Shown here: positions 59,530 through 64,000 of the stretch, one piece after another
How the letters are laid out: each line of letters begins with the position of its first letter
Numbering within the stretch: position 1 is the first letter of the stretch
From: Candidatus Pacearchaeota archaeon
GTDB lineage: Archaea > Nanobdellota > Nanobdellia > Pacearchaeales > GW2011-AR1
DNA: 64,000 bases
Assembly (NCBI GenBank): GCA_018304105.1
Contig: JAGVWX010000007.1
Location: 27,973 to 91,972 of the forward strand
Direction of reading: 5' to 3'
Made by a program: the position numbers and the translations under genes
The notes under the pieces: generated by a model
The model's database searches: none
What the model saw: only the letters and a program-made list of their open reading frames with translations
What the model was told of the DNA's origin: nothing

Positions 59530-59615
59530 CCCCAACTCCGCCTGCCCAGAAAGTTATCATCCAACACTGACGAAGTCAACTCCTTTTAGTCGTTGAGGCA
59601 GCCAGACCGACCTGG
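59530..59615. repeat. Modular repeat copy
   Basis: cccaactccgcctgccca and actgacgaagtcaac..gttgaggcagcc modules. Confidence 0.7.
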
Positions 59616-59652
59616 GGTGAGGTTCCTTGGAGAAGGCTGAGAAAACGCATTA

Positions 59653-60084
59653 TTAAATTTCTTCCAAGACCATGAGAGTTTGAGTTTTGTCGATGCCTGA
59701 GAGCTTTCTTATTTTTTCTGTTATGAGTTCGTTGAGAGAATGCATGTCTTTAATTCTAATTTGGACGATGATGTCGGTTGAGCCTGTAACTATGTCTACC
59801 GATTCGACGCCGTCGATTTCTCTGATTTGTTTTCCGATTTCGCTTTGAGAGATTTTGCTTTGGTTAATTGTTACGAGAATGAATGCTTTCAATGGCTTTC
59901 CAATTTTTTCGAAGTCGAGATTGAGAGTATAATTTTTTATGACTTTTTCTTTGTTCAGCTTTTTTATTCTGTTGTGAACTGTTGTAATAGGAATGGCTGT
60001 CTTTTTTGCTATTTGACTTGTCGTGAGGTTTGCGTTCTCCTTAAGGATTTGAAGGATTTTTTTGTCTTTCTGGTCTAGTTCCAT
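59653..60084 (-). CDS. Lrp/AsnC-family transcriptional regulator
   Basis: LDQKDKKIL..IAKKTAIPITTVHNRIKKL; VTGSTDI. Confidence 0.95.
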   Translation of the reverse strand: MELDQKDKKILQILKENANLTTSQIAKKTAIPITTVHNRIKKLNKEKVIKNYTLNLDFEKIGKPLKAFILVTINQSKISQSEIGKQIREIDGVESVDIVTGSTDIIVQIRIKDMHSLNELITEKIRKLSGIDKTQTLMVLEEI

Positions 60085-60190
60085 TTATGGAAAAATATTC
60101 CATATTTTATATACTTTATGGTAGTTTTTGTTGATAAATTCCAATTTTTCTGAAATAATTTTATATAGCTCTTTTTTTAAGTATTAGGTT

Positions 60191-60775
60191 ATGGAAAGAA
60201 AATTAGATTATGTTCCGCTGGAGCAAGCGCTTCATGGAAATCAAATGTATGTTGTTGAGGCAGCAGGAGTTTTGGGAATTGATGTCAGGGCAGTGCGGCA
60301 TGACGTTGCGACAGACACTTGTTTTGAGAAAGCGGAGCTGCTTGGATGGCTGCCAACGCGCGTTGTGAAGGCAGTTTTCTTTCATCGTGGAGGGGAGATG
60401 CATGGTTTTGTTTTTCCGGAATTAGGAGTTTGGAAGCCAACGTATTTGGACACAAGGGTTGTTTTGCCGACGCTGTTAGGAGTGTCGCGTTCGCGGGCGA
60501 AAGATTATCGTAATCATATCTGTCCAGAAGGAATGGAATTTGGGACTTGCACGCCTTTTGTTTTTGAGGATAGTTTTGCTGAATTAGGCGGACGGTTATC
60601 TGGGGTCTTTATTCACGAAATTCCTGGGCTTGATGCAGAAACTGTGGATATTTCTATTGGCGGTTTTGGAGATGTGGCGCATAGAACTTCTGTTCACTTG
60701 CCTTACTCGGGGATTCATAAAATATTAGAATATAAATTTGGAGGAGAGAGAATAAAGAGGGCGAGGCTGGTTTAA
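60191..60775 (+). CDS. YbaK/aminoacyl-tRNA deacylase-like protein
   Basis: RH...TC.EKA..RVVKAVF..GMEFGTCTPF resemble the YbaK VxK and GxxxG.xPF motifs. Confidence 0.6.
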   Translation: MERKLDYVPLEQALHGNQMYVVEAAGVLGIDVRAVRHDVATDTCFEKAELLGWLPTRVVKAVFFHRGGEMHGFVFPELGVWKPTYLDTRVVLPTLLGVSRSRAKDYRNHICPEGMEFGTCTPFVFEDSFAELGGRLSGVFIHEIPGLDAETVDISIGGFGDVAHRTSVHLPYSGIHKILEYKFGGERIKRARLV

Positions 60776-60814
60776 TTTTTGAATTATTGCAGGTTTAGGT
60801 AAAATAGTAAATCT

Positions 60815-60960
60815 GTCCGAGTAGCTCAAGGTCCTAACGGACTGAGCTCCTGACATGAGGCAAGTATGTCCGAGTAGCTCAAGGTCCTAACGGACTGAGC
60901 TCCTGACATGAGAGTAGCTCAAGGTCCTAACGGACTGAGCTCCTGACATGAGGCAAGTAT
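60815..60960 (+). repeat. Tandem ~53-bp repeats beginning with the first 14 nt of tRNA-Asn
   Basis: Units at 60815, 60868 and 60912 (partial); gtccgagtagctca equals the tRNA 5' end. Confidence 0.9.
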
Positions 60961-61074
60961 GTCCGAGTAGCTCAGTGGAAGAGCGCTTGGCTGTTAAGTG
61001 CGATAATCGCCCATTCATCGATTTTTGAAATCACTGAAACCAAGAGGTCGGCGGTTCGATCCCGCTCTCGGACG
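60961..61074 (+). tRNA. tRNA-Asn(GTT) with a 42-nt intron at 37/38 (60997-61038)
   Basis: Acceptor gtccgag/ctcggac, D-arm, cttgg/ccaag anticodon stem, GTT at 60993, T-loop gttcgat. Confidence 0.9.
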
Positions 61075-61109
61075 CTCAAAAAACATTTAAACCCTGAAAG
61101 ATTAGAAAA

Positions 61110-62459
61110 ATGACTATGACAACAAAATTCATCTCAATTCAAGACGCTATGAAAAAAGCAAGACTTTCGCAAGCTCAGTCTGGCTCGTCCAAGCTTGGCC
61201 AAGCCAAAGGGGAAGTAGCTGTGCGGGGATGGGTTTACCGAGAGCGCGGTTCGAATGTTTTGAAGTTTATTGTTTTGAGAGACTCAACGAATATTATTCA
61301 ATGCGTGCTTGACAAAAAGGATTTTGAGAAGCAATGGAGCGAGATTGATAAAGTGCAGGTTGAGGCAAGCGTTGAGATCGAAGGAGAGATTAAGGAAGAA
61401 AAGCGGGCGCCTTCTGGATACGAAATTCATGCGAAGAAATTTACTCTTGTTGGAGAAAGCAATGAGTTTCCGATAAACAAGGATTTGAACGAGGAGTTGC
61501 TTGGAGACAGAAGGCATTTGTGGTTGCGAAGTCGGAAGATGAGTTCTATTCTGAAAATAAGAAGCACGGTGACTGGAGCGCTGCATGAATATTTCAGGAG
61601 CAAAGGGTTTTATGAGTTTCAAAGTCCTGTGCTTGTTCCGGGAGGAGCGGAAGACGGACCGACGATGTTTGAGGTGAAGTATTTCAATAAGAAAATGTTT
61701 CTTACTCAGACTTGGCAGCTTTATGCGGAGGCGGCGATTTATGCTCTTGAGAAAATTTATTGCATTGCTCCTTCTTTCAGGGCGGAGCAGTCAAAGACTT
61801 CGAGGCATCTTACAGAATATTGGCATACAGAAATGGAAGTGGCTTGGGCGGACTTAGATGAGCTGATGAATTACGCTGAGGAGATGGTCAAGCATGTTTT
61901 GTCGAGGGTTTTGGAGAAGAACAAGCCGGAACTTGAGATACTTGAAAGAGACTGGAAGAAGCTTGAGCCATCGTTGAAGAAGAAGTTTCCGAGGGTTACT
62001 TACGACGAAGTTTTGAAAGAGCTGAAAAGCAAGCACAAGATGAGCGTGCCGTGGGGGAAGGATCTTAGGACGATTGAAGAAGAGAAATTTATGGATAGTT
62101 ATGACACTCCCGTTTTCTGTACGATGTATCCGAAGGAAATTATGGCGTTTTACAAACCTAGGGACAAGAAAAATCCCAAGGTTGCGAGATGCTTTGATAT
62201 GCTTGGGCCGGAATCGATGGGAGAGCTGATTGGTGGAAGTGAGAGAGACACAGACCTTGAGGAGCTGAAGAAGTCGCTGAAGGCGAAAGGCGAAAAGCTT
62301 GAAGATTATCAATATTATTTTGATGTTCATAGTTACGGAGCTGTACCGCATGGAGGTTTCGGGCTTGGAACAGAACGCTTAGTAAGATGGATTTGCGGGC
62401 TTGAAACAATTAAAGACGCGATCGCATTTCCAAGGACGATGACGAGATATTATCCTTAA
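61110..62459 (+). CDS. asnS: Asparaginyl-tRNA synthetase
   Basis: VRGWV, RHLWLRS, FRAEQSKTSRHLTEYW, ELIGGSER, PHGGFGLG. Confidence 0.93.
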   Translation: MTMTTKFISIQDAMKKARLSQAQSGSSKLGQAKGEVAVRGWVYRERGSNVLKFIVLRDSTNIIQCVLDKKDFEKQWSEIDKVQVEASVEIEGEIKEEKRAPSGYEIHAKKFTLVGESNEFPINKDLNEELLGDRRHLWLRSRKMSSILKIRSTVTGALHEYFRSKGFYEFQSPVLVPGGAEDGPTMFEVKYFNKKMFLTQTWQLYAEAAIYALEKIYCIAPSFRAEQSKTSRHLTEYWHTEMEVAWADLDELMNYAEEMVKHVLSRVLEKNKPELEILERDWKKLEPSLKKKFPRVTYDEVLKELKSKHKMSVPWGKDLRTIEEEKFMDSYDTPVFCTMYPKEIMAFYKPRDKKNPKVARCFDMLGPESMGELIGGSERDTDLEELKKSLKAKGEKLEDYQYYFDVHSYGAVPHGGFGLGTERLVRWICGLETIKDAIAFPRTMTRYYP

Positions 62460-62706
62460 AATAGCTTAAATTTTCAGGACGACGGTAATTAATAATAAGA
62501 TGATATAATATTGGTTTGTAATTAAAAGGGTAGGGGATTGGGTAGGAAAAATAGAAATATTTTGAATTGTATTATTCTTTCTTAGTTGTCATCTGTTAAG
62601 AGTGGGAAAACTTCTGGGAATTTAGTATTGAAGGGTAGTGTAAAATGGCAGAAAGTTATTTATATCTCAAATGCGTTGAAAAATATAATCGCAGGTAGGT
62701 AAAAAT

Positions 62707-63159
62707 ATGAACAAAACAATTGCGGGAATCTGCTTGATATTTTCTTTAGTGATAGTTGTCGGGATTGTGAGCGCTGCTTTGGCACTTCCACCGCCACCAC
62801 CGCCAAGTCCGACGCCGAGCTGGTGCTTCTATAAGGATGCGTGTTATGGTTCTGATGGTTCATCACCTAGTTGCCTGATATGGAATTCGTATGTGAAATA
62901 TGCGCCGCCGAGTTTAGTTGCGCAGTGCGGACAAGTAGCGCAGGCTAATGATTGCGTTGTCTTGAATGTTGTACTTGGTGGAAGTTGTCCAGAAATAAGT
63001 TCAGACAAATGTAAGCATGAGGGCGATCGCGCATGTCAATATTGGTGTAATGCGCAGGGTAAAGTTGAAAGACCTGTGCCTTGTAGTTTTTCACATATGT
63101 GCAATCAAAGAAATGACGCTTGTCTTTCTGACCCGGAAATTTACCCTCCAGTAGATTAG
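62707..63159 (+). CDS. Secreted Cys/Pro-rich protein
   Basis: SD aggt; signal peptide; poly-Pro; multiple Cys. Confidence 0.7.
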   Translation: MNKTIAGICLIFSLVIVVGIVSAALALPPPPPPSPTPSWCFYKDACYGSDGSSPSCLIWNSYVKYAPPSLVAQCGQVAQANDCVVLNVVLGGSCPEISSDKCKHEGDRACQYWCNAQGKVERPVPCSFSHMCNQRNDACLSDPEIYPPVD

Positions 63160-63173
63160 AGAAATTTATTTTT

Positions 63174-63848
63174 TTATTTTGATTCTTTTATTGACGCCCC
63201 AGTATATTTTCTGTGCGTGGGAAAGGGGGAAGTAGGAAAGTATTTTTCATCTTGAAGCGTGCTATAAATTGCAGATTCCCAGATGATTTTTTCTAATTCT
63301 CCGCCAATTGGAGCAACAGTCTCCGGAATGTCTGGTGAAGCCCATCTTTCATGGAATGTTTCTCTTAGGTCCGTGTCTTTTTGCATCAATTCATAAGCTT
63401 CGTGGGTGTAAAAAACTCTCGTTGAATAATCCGGAACGGAAGCGCTTTGCATTAAACACTCGAATGATTGTTGAGTGAATGGCTGGTCTTTTGGAAAGGT
63501 TGTACCTCTTGGATTATAAACAACGACTATTGAAGGAGTAAGTTCTCCGCGCCCTAATTCCGGCAGGCAGAAAGATTCTGAGAGCATTGTGAAATTTCTT
63601 TCTCTTGAACTGACATCATAAATTACCCTGAAACGTTTTCTTACGGCAGATTCTGCATTTCCGTCTGCAAAGCCGCGCAGGTAAAGCGGGTCTTGCGTTA
63701 TGTTTTGAGTTGGACGAGAGGTTGGCTGGGTTGTTGGGTATTGTATATGTGAGTGATTTTCTACAGGAAGAGAGTGAATTAAAAGGGCACTTGCTGCACC
63801 TACAATTGCTGCTGAACCAAGCAATACTGAACTTCTGCGTGATACCAT
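63174..63848 (-). CDS. Membrane-anchored hypothetical protein
   Basis: N-terminal SRR + hydrophobic segment (possibly Tat-like). Confidence 0.65.
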   Translation of the reverse strand: MVSRRSSVLLGSAAIVGAASALLIHSLPVENHSHIQYPTTQPTSRPTQNITQDPLYLRGFADGNAESAVRKRFRVIYDVSSRERNFTMLSESFCLPELGRGELTPSIVVVYNPRGTTFPKDQPFTQQSFECLMQSASVPDYSTRVFYTHEAYELMQKDTDLRETFHERWASPDIPETVAPIGGELEKIIWESAIYSTLQDEKYFPTSPFPTHRKYTGASIKESK

Positions 63849-64000
63849 AAAAATCCAGCTTTAGAGAAGTATTTAAGGATTTCGCTAACCGTCTGCTAAA
63901 TAGGGATTTTGTCCAGATAAATAACGAGAGATGTCTAATAGAGTTAAGTCGCGTTGAGGATATTCAATTTGCTGTTGAGGTATTTGCCGAGGAGTTTTTG

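Noticed and set aside
60815-60960. CRISPR array or split-tRNA halves
   Set aside because: Units are identical with no unique spacers; a complete tRNA follows and only 14 nt of it are repeated
1-64000. Alternative genetic code suggested by the unusual aRF1
   Set aside because: Housekeeping genes are full-length under the standard code and all three stop codons are used

Overview
AT-rich archaeal chromosomal segment. aRF1, L15e, NAC, Sec61beta, GatE and class III signal-peptide pilins together with bacterial-type AspRS, MetRS, Lgt and UppP fit a DPANN archaeon, probably Pacearchaeota/Woesearchaeota (inference). It contains a type IV pilus/Tad-like locus (1-13.7 kb), translation and housekeeping genes, two TA-like pairs, an intron-containing tRNA-Asn beside AsnRS, and an aRF1 with a LAGLIDADG intein inserted directly after the catalytic GGQ. 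Two unexplained structures stand out. (1) A transposase-free family of modular hairpin insertions, all in the same orientation; five copies carry a perfect G3N1G3N1G3N1G3 G-quadruplex motif on the minus strand. Several duplicate their target, and they occur inside pilin signal peptides; smaller hairpin inserts occur in housekeeping ORFs (in frame) and at the tRNA 5' end. (2) A 3455-aa surface protein fused to a C-terminal tandem HTH, preceded by a ~380-nt leader in which one anti-repeat is complementary to four repeats displayed in the loops of two hairpins. All calls come from reading sequence and motifs by eye; no searches were run.
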